The translations under genes and the position numbers were made by a program. Of a stretch of DNA of 64,000 bases, positions 1 to 10,395 are shown piece after piece. The notes below the pieces were generated by a model. That model saw nothing but the letters and a program-made list of their open reading frames with translations. It was not told where the DNA came from and did not search any database. Each line of letters begins with the position of its first letter. Position 1 is the first letter of the stretch. Source of the DNA: Vulcanimicrobiota bacterium (lineage in GTDB: Bacteria > Vulcanimicrobiota > Vulcanimicrobiia > Vulcanimicrobiales > Vulcanimicrobiaceae). The stretch covers positions 416,001 to 480,000 of the forward strand of contig CAWCIZ010000002.1 in assembly GCA_963795855.1 (NCBI GenBank), in the 5' to 3' direction.

Positions 1-4
1 CTGC

Positions 5-443
5 TTATTTTTCCGCGTGCACGCGCAGTTGCGAGAGCTGAAAATGCGTGCGCGCGATGTCCTGCGGCTCGAGCGTGATCAGGTACTCCAGGCGCACGTG
101 CGAAGCGTCGATCGTCTTGACGAGGATGGCGCAGAGCACCGGCCCGCGCTTTGAGGGCGCGAAGGAGAGCGAGAGCAGTCCCGCGGCAAGCACGAACCCT
201 TTCGACGGTCCGTTTCCGCTGCTGATTTCCGCCAGGTAGTCGCGCACTTCGAACAGTTCCCACAGCCCAATCGGCATGTCGAAGACCGCATTCACCGGCT
301 CCGCCTGCGCGCGCACGCGGCAATGCATCAAATCGAGGTCCGCCGGTTCGACCGTATCCGGATGCTCGTATCCGAGCACCTCCACTATCAGCTCGCGGCC
401 CCCGGGCGGCGGGACCGATGGAAATTTCGAGCGGTTGGAACAT
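5..443 (-). CDS. hypothetical protein (possibly WapI-like); N-terminus probably frameshifted near 400
   Basis: ORF 5..385 is protein-like; an ATG at 443 overlaps the pdxK stop and reads MFQPLEISIG in another frame, with a G-run in between. Confidence 0.55.
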
Positions 444-1414
444 CAGCCGTAAATAATCTTGTGCTTCGGCGGCGCGAACTTCAAGCGCGGACCGTCGTCC
501 GCCGTGGCTTTTATCGTCTCGCTTTCCACCATCGAGCGCTCGCAGAACCGCATCGCCTTGTCGTCTTCGACCTGATACCCGAGCGGACGCCACTTTTCGA
601 GAGCCGCAACCGGATCGATCGTTCCGCCGCCGTATGCGGACGTGTTTGCGACCGATCGAGCGCACAGCGCGGTGGCGAGCAATGCGGCGGCGAACGGCGA
701 CGCGCCGAGCGCCATGAACGCGCCGATTCCCCCCGCGAACGCATCGCCGGCGCCGTGTGCCGGAAGCGTGGGATAATACGGCGCGGCAATCCGGTGGTAA
801 CTGTAACCGTTGGTGAAAAGCAGTGTCAGGCGGTGCTTTTCCGCATCGCGTTCGTACGACGTGATGATGACGGCTTGCGGGCCCAGATCGAACATACCGT
901 TGAGAAACGCGAACTCGGAGGCGTAATGGTCCGGGCCGAAGCCGAGCAGCACTTCCGCTTCGAACCGGTTGGGCGTGACGATTTGCGCGAGCGGCATCAA
1001 TTGGTCACGAATCGCGCGCGCGGTTTCAGAGGTAACGTACAAGCCTTTCTGATAATCGCCGATTACGGGATCCAACAGCACGATGCCGCGGTAATCCGCT
1101 AGCTGCGAAGCGATGATCTCGACCAAGTTCGGGCGCGGCACATAGCCGATCACCAGCACCGCGGGCTGCCGGCTTATCAAGAACGCAACGTCCTTGCGAA
1201 ACGTTTGCGGCTCCGCAGTCCACGTCGCGCGCCCGGGAAAGCCCGCGTGCGCGCTGGCGAACGACGTAGACGCGCAGATTGCGCGCGCGCCGAGTGCGTT
1301 GCAAATCGAGATGACGGCTTGATTGCCGATAAAACCCATACCGACCGTGTTCTGAATGGAACCGATGAGCGGATAATTGGCAACGTCGTCGCGGTTCACT
1401 TCAAATGGTCCCAT
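443..1414 (-). CDS. pdxK: pyridoxal/pyridoxamine kinase-like protein (PfkB/ribokinase fold)
   Basis: Motifs GFIGN, LDPVIGD..GLYV, IVTPNRFEAE and the GAGDAF anion hole. Confidence 0.8.
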   Translation of the reverse strand: MGPFEVNRDDVANYPLIGSIQNTVGMGFIGNQAVISICNALGARAICASTSFASAHAGFPGRATWTAEPQTFRKDVAFLISRQPAVLVIGYVPRPNLVEIIASQLADYRGIVLLDPVIGDYQKGLYVTSETARAIRDQLMPLAQIVTPNRFEAEVLLGFGPDHYASEFAFLNGMFDLGPQAVIITSYERDAEKHRLTLLFTNGYSYHRIAAPYYPTLPAHGAGDAFAGGIGAFMALGASPFAAALLATALCARSVANTSAYGGGTIDPVAALEKWRPLGYQVEDDKAMRFCERSMVESETIKATADDGPRLKFAPPKHKIIYG

Positions 1415-2382
1415 CCCGTCGCTGGGAGCGGCTCTTCGCGCCCCGCTTTACGGAAGAACACTCCCCTTCCTTCGCGAATGCGGCCGACGGCGAAAAGCGG
1501 CCGGCCGAACCGCTTGCGGAAACGCGAATTCAAGTATCCGAACGCGCGCGCGTCTATCGCGGCGAGCAGTTCGTAGTCCTCACCGCCCGCGAGCGCGTAG
1601 GCTTGCGAATCTTCGCCCAGCGCGCGCGCCGCCGTCTGCGCACATTTCGCGACGGGCACGTCCTCGACTATCGCCGCGCAGTGCGAGCGCTCGCAAATAC
1701 GCGCGAGATCCGTCGACAGACCGTCGGAGACGTCCATCATCGCGTGAACGTGCGCGCTGGCCGCGAGAAACCGGCCTTCGCGCACGCGCGGCTGGGGCCG
1801 GCGATGCGCTTGCAGCGCGTCCTGACGTTCACGATCCTCGAGGACGATGAGATTATCACCAAGATGCAGTCCGGCCCGGCTCGCGCCGAGCGGTCCGGTC
1901 ACCGCGATGACGTCGCCGCTGCGCGCGCCGCCGCGGCCCTTCACGTGCGCGGCCCGCACTTCGCCGATCGCCGTGATGGCGATGAACCAGCACGGCGAAC
2001 GCGTGAGGTCGCCTCCGGCGATCGCGCATTCGTGCATCGTCGCAACGCCGAGCATTCCGCGATAGAGGTCCGTTATTTCGACCGTTCCGGCGTTCTTTGG
2101 AATGCCGAGTGCAACGGTGGCGAGCACCGGACGCGCGCCCATTGCCGCCAAATCGCTCAGGTTGCTCGCCATCGCGCGCCAGCCCGCGTCCTCCAAACTC
2201 ATCGTGTTCGTGCGAAAGTGCACGCCTTCGACCACAGCGTCGGACGTAACGACGCTGCGGTGCGACCTCGAGGGCTGCCAGAGCGCCGCATCGTCGCCAA
2301 TCTCGTTGCACAGCTTGCGCGCAAGCGGCTGCGCTTCGATCAGATCGCGCAGCTGCGCGACCAGTCGATCTTCGCCGTTCAG
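1396..2382 (-). CDS. thiL: thiamine-phosphate kinase
   Basis: IGDDAA, VEGVHF, NLSDLAAMGARP, GGD, MMDVSDGL, GGEDYEL; start placed at CTG just after the rpe stop (uncertain). Confidence 0.93.
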   Translation of the reverse strand: MNGEDRLVAQLRDLIEAQPLARKLCNEIGDDAALWQPSRSHRSVVTSDAVVEGVHFRTNTMSLEDAGWRAMASNLSDLAAMGARPVLATVALGIPKNAGTVEITDLYRGMLGVATMHECAIAGGDLTRSPCWFIAITAIGEVRAAHVKGRGGARSGDVIAVTGPLGASRAGLHLGDNLIVLEDRERQDALQAHRRPQPRVREGRFLAASAHVHAMMDVSDGLSTDLARICERSHCAAIVEDVPVAKCAQTAARALGEDSQAYALAGGEDYELLAAIDARAFGYLNSRFRKRFGRPLFAVGRIREGRGVFFRKAGREEPLPATGWDHLK

Positions 2383-2384
2383 GT

Positions 2385-3050
2385 TTAGACGCGCTCCGGC
2401 TGCGCCGCGATCCGCACGAATTCGCCGGTCGCCGCGCCGCAATCCGGCGTGTCGAAGATGGCCGACCCCGCGACCAACACATCGGCACCGGCGCGCGCAA
2501 TTTCCGCAGCGTTGCGCAGCGTGACGCCGCCGTCGACTTCCACCTCGCACGCCGAGCCGGCGCGCCGCACGAGCGTTTTCGCCTGTTCGATTTTCTTGAG
2601 CGCGTGCGGAATGAAGGTTTGTCCGCCGAAGCCCGGATTCACGCTCATCACCAAAATCAGATCCACGTCGTCGATGAGATCCTCGAGCATCGCGACGGGC
2701 GTCTGCGGGCAGATCGAAATACCGGCTTTCGCACCGATCGACCGAATATGCGTGAGCAGCCGCTGCGCATGCGGCGTAGCCTCGAGGTGAAAGGTAATGA
2801 TGTCCGCGCCCGCTTCACGAAACGCATCGACGTAGCGCTCCGGTTCGACGATCATCAAATGACAGTCGAACGGCAATCGCGTGTGCTTGCGCAGATCCGC
2901 GACGACTTTTGGGCCCCACGTGATGTTGGGCACGAAGCGTCCGTCCATCACGTCCAAATGCAGATACGACGCGCCCGCCTTTTCGACGGCGCGGACGTCT
3001 TCCATGATACGGCTGAAATCCGCGGAGAGGATCGACGGAGCGATCTTCAC
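2385..3050 (-). CDS. rpe: ribulose-phosphate 3-epimerase
   Basis: IAPSILSADF, HLDVMDGRFVPN, MSVNPGFGGQ, EVDGG. Confidence 0.97.
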   Translation of the reverse strand: MKIAPSILSADFSRIMEDVRAVEKAGASYLHLDVMDGRFVPNITWGPKVVADLRKHTRLPFDCHLMIVEPERYVDAFREAGADIITFHLEATPHAQRLLTHIRSIGAKAGISICPQTPVAMLEDLIDDVDLILVMSVNPGFGGQTFIPHALKKIEQAKTLVRRAGSACEVEVDGGVTLRNAAEIARAGADVLVAGSAIFDTPDCGAATGEFVRIAAQPERV

Positions 3051-4102
3051 TTTCGCGGTGCCTTGCCCGCGGCCGCCCCCGGCCGCTCGTACGCGTTCGG
3101 CGGTTCTTGTCCGACCTTCGTTTCACCCAGCAGCGTGCCGTTCACGAAGAAATAAATCGCGGACGTGCCGATGGTGGTGACGTTGAAATCGAATTTTTGT
3201 CCCGGCTCGCCATAGCCGTTGAAGAGATCGTAACTCCCGGTTGCGTCGCTCACGGAAAAACGGATGCGAAGCGCTTGATTCTGTCCCGGCTCCGCCGGCG
3301 GAACGGCGGCAAGGACGTGTGTTTGATGAATAATGCGTCCGGACTCGTTTTTGCCCGCGCTCACGTCGAGCGAGACCAAATCGTAGGCCCCGATCGTCGT
3401 TCCGGCGGCCGGTTTTTGCAGCACCACTTCCCCGTGCGGCGGCGCCTTTTCTCCCAGCGGCGTCCACACGATCTGTCCGAGTTTGACGTGTTCCGATGCC
3501 GCCAACCCGCGCGCTTGGTCGATCGTCATCCCTTCGAAGTTGGGCACTTTTACCGACGTGACGCCGCCTTTGCTCACCAGCAGCGACACGGCCGTACCTT
3601 GAGTCACACTTACGAGCGGTTCGGGATACTGCGAGATCACATGGTCGGGCGGAATGTCGTCGTTGCGCACGTACGTCGTCTTCGCAACCTGCAAACGCGC
3701 GTGCGACAGGTCCAGATTCGCGTCTCGAAGCGACTGATAGCGCACGTCCGGCATCAGCATGGTTTGCACGCCGTCGCTGACGACGAGCGAAATCTGACGT
3801 CCTCCGCGCACGTGCATGCCGGCCGCCGGCTCCTGATTCATGACGACGCCTTTGGGATACTGGTTGCTCGTCGCATGCCCCGCGACGATCGCCTTGAGCT
3901 TCATGCGCATGATTTCGTTCGTCGCGTCCGGCAGCGCCATGCCGACGAACGAAGGCACGGTGACTGTGTTCGGACCCGGAAGCAGAAACTCTTGAATCGA
4001 GTGGCCGAACCAAACGAGCACGCCGACGAATGCCGCGAAAACGAGCGGGAACACCCAATCGCGCGGAATGTAACGCTCTACTGCAGGGGGCAGGGACGTC
4101 AT
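3047..4102 (-). CDS. membrane-anchored PASTA-domain protein (3 PASTA repeats, no kinase domain)
   Basis: N-terminal TM helix, then VPSFVG, MPDVRY and VPNFEG repeats with V..Q.P motifs. Confidence 0.88.
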   Translation of the reverse strand: MTSLPPAVERYIPRDWVFPLVFAAFVGVLVWFGHSIQEFLLPGPNTVTVPSFVGMALPDATNEIMRMKLKAIVAGHATSNQYPKGVVMNQEPAAGMHVRGGRQISLVVSDGVQTMLMPDVRYQSLRDANLDLSHARLQVAKTTYVRNDDIPPDHVISQYPEPLVSVTQGTAVSLLVSKGGVTSVKVPNFEGMTIDQARGLAASEHVKLGQIVWTPLGEKAPPHGEVVLQKPAAGTTIGAYDLVSLDVSAGKNESGRIIHQTHVLAAVPPAEPGQNQALRIRFSVSDATGSYDLFNGYGEPGQKFDFNVTTIGTSAIYFFVNGTLLGETKVGQEPPNAYERPGAAAGKAPRK

Positions 4103-4847
4103 CTAGGCGAGCGCCTCGAGAGCCGCTTCGCTCACTTCGAGATTCGAAAACACGCGCTGGATGTCTTCATGTTCTTCCAGCGCTTCGAGGAAGCCGAGCA
4201 CTGCGCTCAAATCCGCATCGGACGGCGAGGTCTTCTGCTTCGCACGAACCCCTAAATAGACTTCGGAAATCTTCACGCCGGCGGTGCGCAGCGCATCTCT
4301 GACGCCTGCAAGCGCCGTCGGTTCGGTGTAAATCTCGGCCGGTTCGCCATACTCGAGATCGATGACGCCGTCGACGAGCGCCTTCTCCGTCAACTCGTCT
4401 TCCGTGCGTTCAGCGGGGTCGACGACGACGATGCCGACCGGATCGAACATCCACGCGACGCTGCCGGTTTCACCCATCGTGCCGCCGTTTTTGCTGAAAA
4501 GAAAGCGCAGGCTCGCCGGCCGTTCGATTCCGGTTGTCGGTCGCGGCGTCGACCACGACCGCCACGCCGCCGGGTCCGTATCCCTCGTAGCGGATCTCCT
4601 CGATTTCCTTTTCACCGGTGCCGCCCGCGCCGCGCGCGATGGCGCGCTTGATGTTGTCGTGCGGCATATTGTTTTCGCGCGCCTTTTCCACCGCCATCTT
4701 CAAGCGGTAGTTCGCTTCGGGATCGGGAGAACCGGACCGCGCGGCCAGAATGATTTCCTTGCTGAGTTTGGTGAACAGGGCGCCGCGCTGCGCGTCGACC
4801 TTTCCTTTGCGCAGTTTGATGTTGTGCCATTTGGAATGCCCGGACAT
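4103..4847 (-). CDS. yebC: YebC/PmpR family protein (frameshift near 4520)
   Basis: [18 protein letters not shown] and [10 protein letters not shown] in one frame; [16 protein letters not shown] and [13 protein letters not shown] in the next. Confidence 0.93.
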
Positions 4848-4902
4848 AGACCCGGTGGGTTCGCCGCGGGCCGTCCCGCATCCTGAAGGCGGCTCCGGCC
4901 GG

Positions 4903-7900
4903 CTAGATCCAGTGACTTCCCAGCCACATGCGCGCGTTCCACGACGCCCAGGGCAGCGGTGTGCCGGACAAGATGGGATAGAACCAGATGAAGGCCAAAA
5001 CCACCGCGCAGACGTAGGCGCCGACGCCGATGCGGGCATAAAGCCGCGCCTCACGCTGCCCGAATTGCCAGTTCCACAGGCGCTGCAAGACGATCACGTT
5101 GCAGAGCACGACGATCGGAATATCGACGTAGAAGTGATACGCGAACGTAATACGCGGCGATTTCGCCCATGGCAGCCATTGCAGCAGATACGCGAGCACC
5201 AACAGCGCGTAGCCTTTGTTCTTCTCGTACCACGCCAAGACTGCGACGAGCGGGACGCAAAGCAAACCGAACCACAAGATGAGCGGGTTGGGCAGCGAGG
5301 TGATCTCCGCGACGCAGCACGCGTTTGGGTTATTCGCGTTCGGACCCGAACGCAGATCTTTCCAGTAGTACGCGATCGGCCGCAGGTCGAGAGGCCACTG
5401 CCACCACGACGACTGGTACGGATGCGTAGCCTTCGAGCTGATCATGATATTCGAACATCGTGTACTGGCGGTACACGAGTTCGCTGACGTTGGCAACGCC
5501 CGTATCGCCCGGCGGCTGCACGTGGCGGACGAGATCAGGTATCCACGCGCACACGTACACCGACATGCTCACGAACACGATCGTCGCCAGCGCGACATCC
5601 AGCCTGAAACCGTACGGATTGCCCCAACGTTTTGCGCGGCCTTCGGCCCAATACCGCTGGAGCCACACGAAGCCGATGACGATGAACGAGACGCCGTACG
5701 CCATGACGCCGTACCACTTGCTCGCGACGAGCGCGCCGAGCAGCAGCGTGAAGGCGACGAGCCACGTCGTACCGTGGCGCCCGTTCTCCGATTCACCGCA
5801 ATCGTCGACCACCGCGCCCGGCGTGTACGTCGCGCTGCCTTCCGGCGTCGCGTACGTCACGGACGCGTCGCGCCGGTACGTGATGCTCGCCTCTTCTTCC
5901 GCAATGGTCAGATCTTTTTTGAACGCGCGGTCGTACGGCGGGTCGATTTGCAAATCCGAACCGGAACGCACCACGCGCGTTCCCTCCGCGTACGTGATGA
6001 AGTCGCCGCGCGTTCCGAGCAGCCGCGGAATGAGCCACAAGCGCAGCAGCAAATACCAGCCCGAAGCAAAGTACGCCGAACCCACGATGAACCCGGCCTT
6101 GTCCGCCTGCCCCGGCGGATTGCCGAACCGGTTGGCGAGATAGCCGGAAATGCATCCGAGTACCAATGCGCCGCCCAACGATATCGCGGCGCGGGTGACG
6201 CTTTGCGGCTCGAACGCGCGGACTGTCGATGCGGAAGCGATCCAGAACCGGTAAAACGCGTACAATGCTGCGAGCGAAAAGACGACGACGATGCCTTCCG
6301 GCGTCGCGATGCGCGATTGCACGAAGTGCATCCCATCCGCGGTGAACATGATTGCCGCCGCCGCCGAAAACAGCGTGGAGCGGGTCAGCCGTTTGGCGAA
6401 CGCGTAGATGACGACGATCGCGACGGCGCCGAATACCACGTCCAGGAAACGCCAGCCGGCGGGATTGTCGCCGTGCGGCATGCCGCCGAACAGCATCGTC
6501 GAGACCGTGATGATCAGTTTGGTGAGCGGCGGATGCGTGTTCTCGTAGATGTATTTGCCGCTCAGGTATTCTTCGGCGGCGCGCGCGAAATAGATCTCGT
6601 CGAAAATCTTCTCATTCGGCAGCCAATAGTTCACGTACGAAACCAAAAATGAAATGACGCCGAACAATCCCGCGAGCAGGTAGTCCAGCGGCCACACCAT
6701 CGATGCCAAGCCTTCGCGCGGATTGAACCACGCCCGCGCTTTTGCAAACGGCGAGAGGCCGGGTGAAGCCGCGGCACGCGGCGCAGCGACGTATTCTTTG
6801 CTTTCCTGTCCCAAAAACAAATACCCGAGCACGAAGAACGTCGCGACGTTCAGCACCGAGAGCGGGTGCGTAACGGCCGGCCACATGTCGCGCGGGTCGA
6901 CGCCGGCTGGGGCTCCCCCCGACACCACGTACAGATACTGCAGCGAATAAAAGAGATTGACGAACAACGTCGCCGAGAATATGAACGCGGCCCAGACGTA
7001 GCGCCGCGCGAACGGCAGACAGACGATCGTGAATGCCAACCCGTCGTAGACGTAACGTTCGTGCATGCGCGTGGCGAGCATGAAGAACGCGAGCGTGAGC
7101 AGCGCCGCCGACTCGAGCAGCGCTTGGTTCGAGCGCGCCTGCAAGTAACGCACCACGGTCAAGACGACCGCCGCAGCAACCAGGATGATGCCCCAGACGT
7201 ACTGCGGAAGGAAGGCGATGCGCTGAGAATCCGCCTGCCAAAAACCGTGCAGAATCGACCACAGGTTGAACGCGTTCACGGAGTTGTACGCGTACACGTT
7301 TTTCGCAAAGGTGTATTTGCCCAGCAGCCAGCCGTACGCGTCGACGGGATTGTACGTCGGATGGAACGGCAGCGTGAGCAGCAAGCCGAAAAGCAGCCCC
7401 GCAATGACGCCCGCCCCGGTCCCGATGGCGCGAGAGCGCGCGCGATCGGGTCGAGTGAACGCAAATGCCAGGAACAGCGGAATGAGCACCGCCGCCTGCG
7501 GCTTGATCAGCAGCGAATACGATAGTGCAACCCATGCAAGCACGATTGGCAGCACCGCGCTGCGCTCATCGCGGTCGTCCGAGCCGAGCAGCAAGTACAC
7601 TGCGAAAAGCGCGAGCCCGCTGGAAATCGAATCGACCTGTCCCCACGCAGCGGAAATGAAGATCATCGCGGGATTCAGGATGAAGAGAGCGGCGGCGCCC
7701 AGCGCCCACCGATCGGCGGCGAAGCGGCGCACGATCGCGTAGACGAGCGCGCCGTCGACCAAATCCATGATGACGGCCGGGAGTTTGACGAGATACTTGA
7801 GCAGATCGTAATTGCCGCCGTGCGGCGAGAGCACTGCGTACACATGGCCGACGAGCCAGAGCACGTAAAAATAGCCCGGCGGATAATCCGCGAAACTCGT

Positions 7901-8110
7901 CGACGCGTAAAACTGCGAGAACGGGTGATGCGCCAGCGTGATCGCCCACGCCTCAAACGACTGCACGTCGTTGCGGAAGCCTTCGTTGCCCATGAACAGC
8001 AGGCGAATGACGAACCCGGCGGCGATCAGCAGCCAGAGCCGCAGCCCGGCGGCGAGCGAACGTTCTTCCGTGCGGGGAGCCGTCTGCAACTCCGCCTTGA
8101 TTGTACGCAT
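4903..8110 (-). CDS. large polytopic GT-C glycosyltransferase: N-terminal GT87/ALG-like module plus C-terminal GT39 (PMT-like) module; frameshift near 5435
   Basis: DYPPG, WGQVDS, TRMHERY; then [26 protein letters not shown]-terminal [14 protein letters not shown] in the second frame. Confidence 0.87.
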
Positions 8111-8123
8111 ATCGGCCTTTACT

Positions 8124-9101
8124 TTATGAAGACGCCAGCTGAAGCGAACTCGACAAAAAGTCGCGAACGCTCGCGACCGGATGACGCTCGACGACCGCGA
8201 GATGTTCGGCAATCGCCGCGTTCGCGGCCTCTCGCGCACCCAGTTCCTCGAGCGCTTCGATGACCGCGGTTACCGTGGCCGCGGTGAGCGCTTCGCCTTG
8301 CGCGTACGCTTTCGCGATGCGGTCGCGCGCGGCGGAGCGCGGCTGCCCCAGCGCCCATACGACGGGGAAGGTCCACTTGCGGCGCGCGATATCGTTGCCC
8401 GTCACTTTGCCGGTGGCGTCGACGCTGCCCCAAATGCCGAGCACGTCGTCGCGGATTTGAAACGCGAGCCCGTACGCGTTGCCGAGTTCGCGATAGCGCA
8501 AGACGCCTTCGTCGCCGCACGGCGCGCACAAAGCACCCAGTTCCGAGGACGCGCCGAAAAGCGCCGCGGTCTTCGCGCCGATCATGCGATGATATTCGGG
8601 AATGTCGACGTGCGTCGCACGTTCGAACGCCAAGTCCATCGACTGCCCGTCGCACATCGTGGCGTGCGCTTCGTGCAGCGCGCGAACCATACGCAGCACG
8701 CGTTCGCCCGGATGACGCTGCGCTGCGTGCATCAGCACGAGAAAACTCAGCGCGCAGAGCGCGTCGCCGGCGTTGAGCGCTTGCGGGATGCCGTAGACGG
8801 ACCACAGCGTTCGTTTCCCATGCCGCAGTTCGTCCCCGTCTTCGATGTCGTCGTGTACGAGCGAATAATTGTGAAGAATTTCGATTGCGGCGGCCGCGTC
8901 GAGCGCGTCTTCCGGCGCGGCTCCTTCTGCGTCCGCCACGGCGAGCAGCAGCCGCGGCCGCAGACGCTTGCCGCGCCGAGCCGGCCCGTAGCCGCCGTAA
9001 CCGAAGTGGTAGCACAGCATATCGGCGACCTGTTCCGATCCCCGATACTCTTTGATCAAGCCCTCGAGATGGACTTCGAAGCGTTCTTTCTGCTCAATCA
9101 C
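8124..9101 (-). CDS. polyprenyl diphosphate synthase
   Basis: GKRLRP, LVHDDIEDGDELRHG (FARM), GQ..D, KT, FQIRDD (SARM). Confidence 0.93.
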   Translation of the reverse strand: MIEQKERFEVHLEGLIKEYRGSEQVADMLCYHFGYGGYGPARRGKRLRPRLLLAVADAEGAAPEDALDAAAAIEILHNYSLVHDDIEDGDELRHGKRTLWSVYGIPQALNAGDALCALSFLVLMHAAQRHPGERVLRMVRALHEAHATMCDGQSMDLAFERATHVDIPEYHRMIGAKTAALFGASSELGALCAPCGDEGVLRYRELGNAYGLAFQIRDDVLGIWGSVDATGKVTGNDIARRKWTFPVVWALGQPRSAARDRIAKAYAQGEALTAATVTAVIEALEELGAREAANAAIAEHLAVVERHPVASVRDFLSSSLQLASS

Positions 9102-9688
9102 TGCGGTGCGGGCAGCGAGCGTATTGCCCGCATTACCTCGTCGGTGAAGTTCGCCATCTCTTCGCGGCTCGCTTTCCGATCCTGCGGCAAACTCAGCGGA
9201 GTTCCGAAGTAGACGCGAAACTGCTCGAACCGTTTGGCGGCGCCCGTTCCGACGACCCGCGCGGGTACGACCGGCGCTTTCCCGAGCGAGGCGAGCAGCG
9301 CGACGCCGCCGCGGGCTTCGGCATTTCCGCTCAAGTTGCGGCCGCCTTCCGGGAAAATGCCGATGGCGCCGCCTCTTCGCAGCACTTCAACGGAGCGCTT
9401 GATCGCCGATGCCGCCGAGCCTTCGCGGTCCACGGGATACGCGCCGACGGCACGAATCAGCGGCCCGAGCACCGGCACGCGAAACAACTCTTGCTTGGCC
9501 ATATACTGAATGCGGCGCGGGCTGGCCGTTCCCAGCGCGGGCGGATCGAAGTACGAGACGTGGTTGCACGCCACGATCACCGGCCCGCTTTTCGGCACGT
9601 GCTCCGTACCGTACGCGCGCATGCGCCACACGGTGCCGAACACGCCCCAGAACGAATACTTGGCGAGATCGTAGAGCAAGGGGTTCAT
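9098..9688 (-). CDS. plsC: 1-acyl-sn-glycerol-3-phosphate acyltransferase
   Basis: NHVSYFD (HX4D) and IFPEG; follows cmk. Confidence 0.92.
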   Translation of the reverse strand: MNPLLYDLAKYSFWGVFGTVWRMRAYGTEHVPKSGPVIVACNHVSYFDPPALGTASPRRIQYMAKQELFRVPVLGPLIRAVGAYPVDREGSAASAIKRSVEVLRRGGAIGIFPEGGRNLSGNAEARGGVALLASLGKAPVVPARVVGTGAAKRFEQFRVYFGTPLSLPQDRKASREEMANFTDEVMRAIRSLPAPQ

Positions 9689-10359
9689 ACCGCGGCCGCG
9701 CAGATCCGATCGACCACGTCTTCGATGCGCAGCGAACTGGAATCGATGACGACGGCGTCATCCGCTTTGCGAAGCGGCGAAACGGCACGGCTTTCGTCGA
9801 GGCGATCCCGTTCTTCGATCTCCTTGGCGAGTTCGTGCGCGCTGACGTCGACGCCGGCCTCCACCAACTGCGCGCGGCGCCGTTCGACGCGCGCCTGCAC
9901 CGACGCGGTAAGAAATATTTTCACTTGCGCATCCGGCAGCACCACGGTGCCGATGTCGCGTCCCACCATCACGACCGGACCGGCTTGGGCGATGCGCCGC
10001 TGTTCCTCCACCATCGCGGCGCGCACGCGCGCATGCGCGGCAATCGTCGAAACGACGGCCGTGACTTCCGGCGACTCCAAATCGTTTTGCGTGAGTTCGC
10101 GCTCGCCCGCGTAGATGCGAAAGCCGAGGGGCGCACTGCGATCGAGCGCGACTCGCACGCGGTGCTGCGCGCACAAACGCACGAGCGCGTTCTCGTTGTC
10201 GAGATCCGTTTGCGTGTGCAGCGCGGCGTACGCGAGCGCCCGGTACATCGCGCCGGTGTCCAAGTACAGCACCTTCAGGCGCTCGGCGACGCGGCGCGCG
10301 ACCGTCGTTTTTCCGGACGCTGCCGGCCCGTCGATGGCAATCTGCAGGTGGCGTGGCAC
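9685..10359 (-). CDS. cmk: cytidylate kinase
   Basis: IAIDGPAASGKTT, YLDTGAMYRA, GRDIGTVV, RD..D..R..SPL. Confidence 0.96.
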   Translation of the reverse strand: MPRHLQIAIDGPAASGKTTVARRVAERLKVLYLDTGAMYRALAYAALHTQTDLDNENALVRLCAQHRVRVALDRSAPLGFRIYAGERELTQNDLESPEVTAVVSTIAAHARVRAAMVEEQRRIAQAGPVVMVGRDIGTVVLPDAQVKIFLTASVQARVERRRAQLVEAGVDVSAHELAKEIEERDRLDESRAVSPLRKADDAVVIDSSSLRIEDVVDRICAAAV

Positions 10360-10395
10360 GGAGGGCCTCTTTTTGCGCCCGTGAACAGTTGCCTT

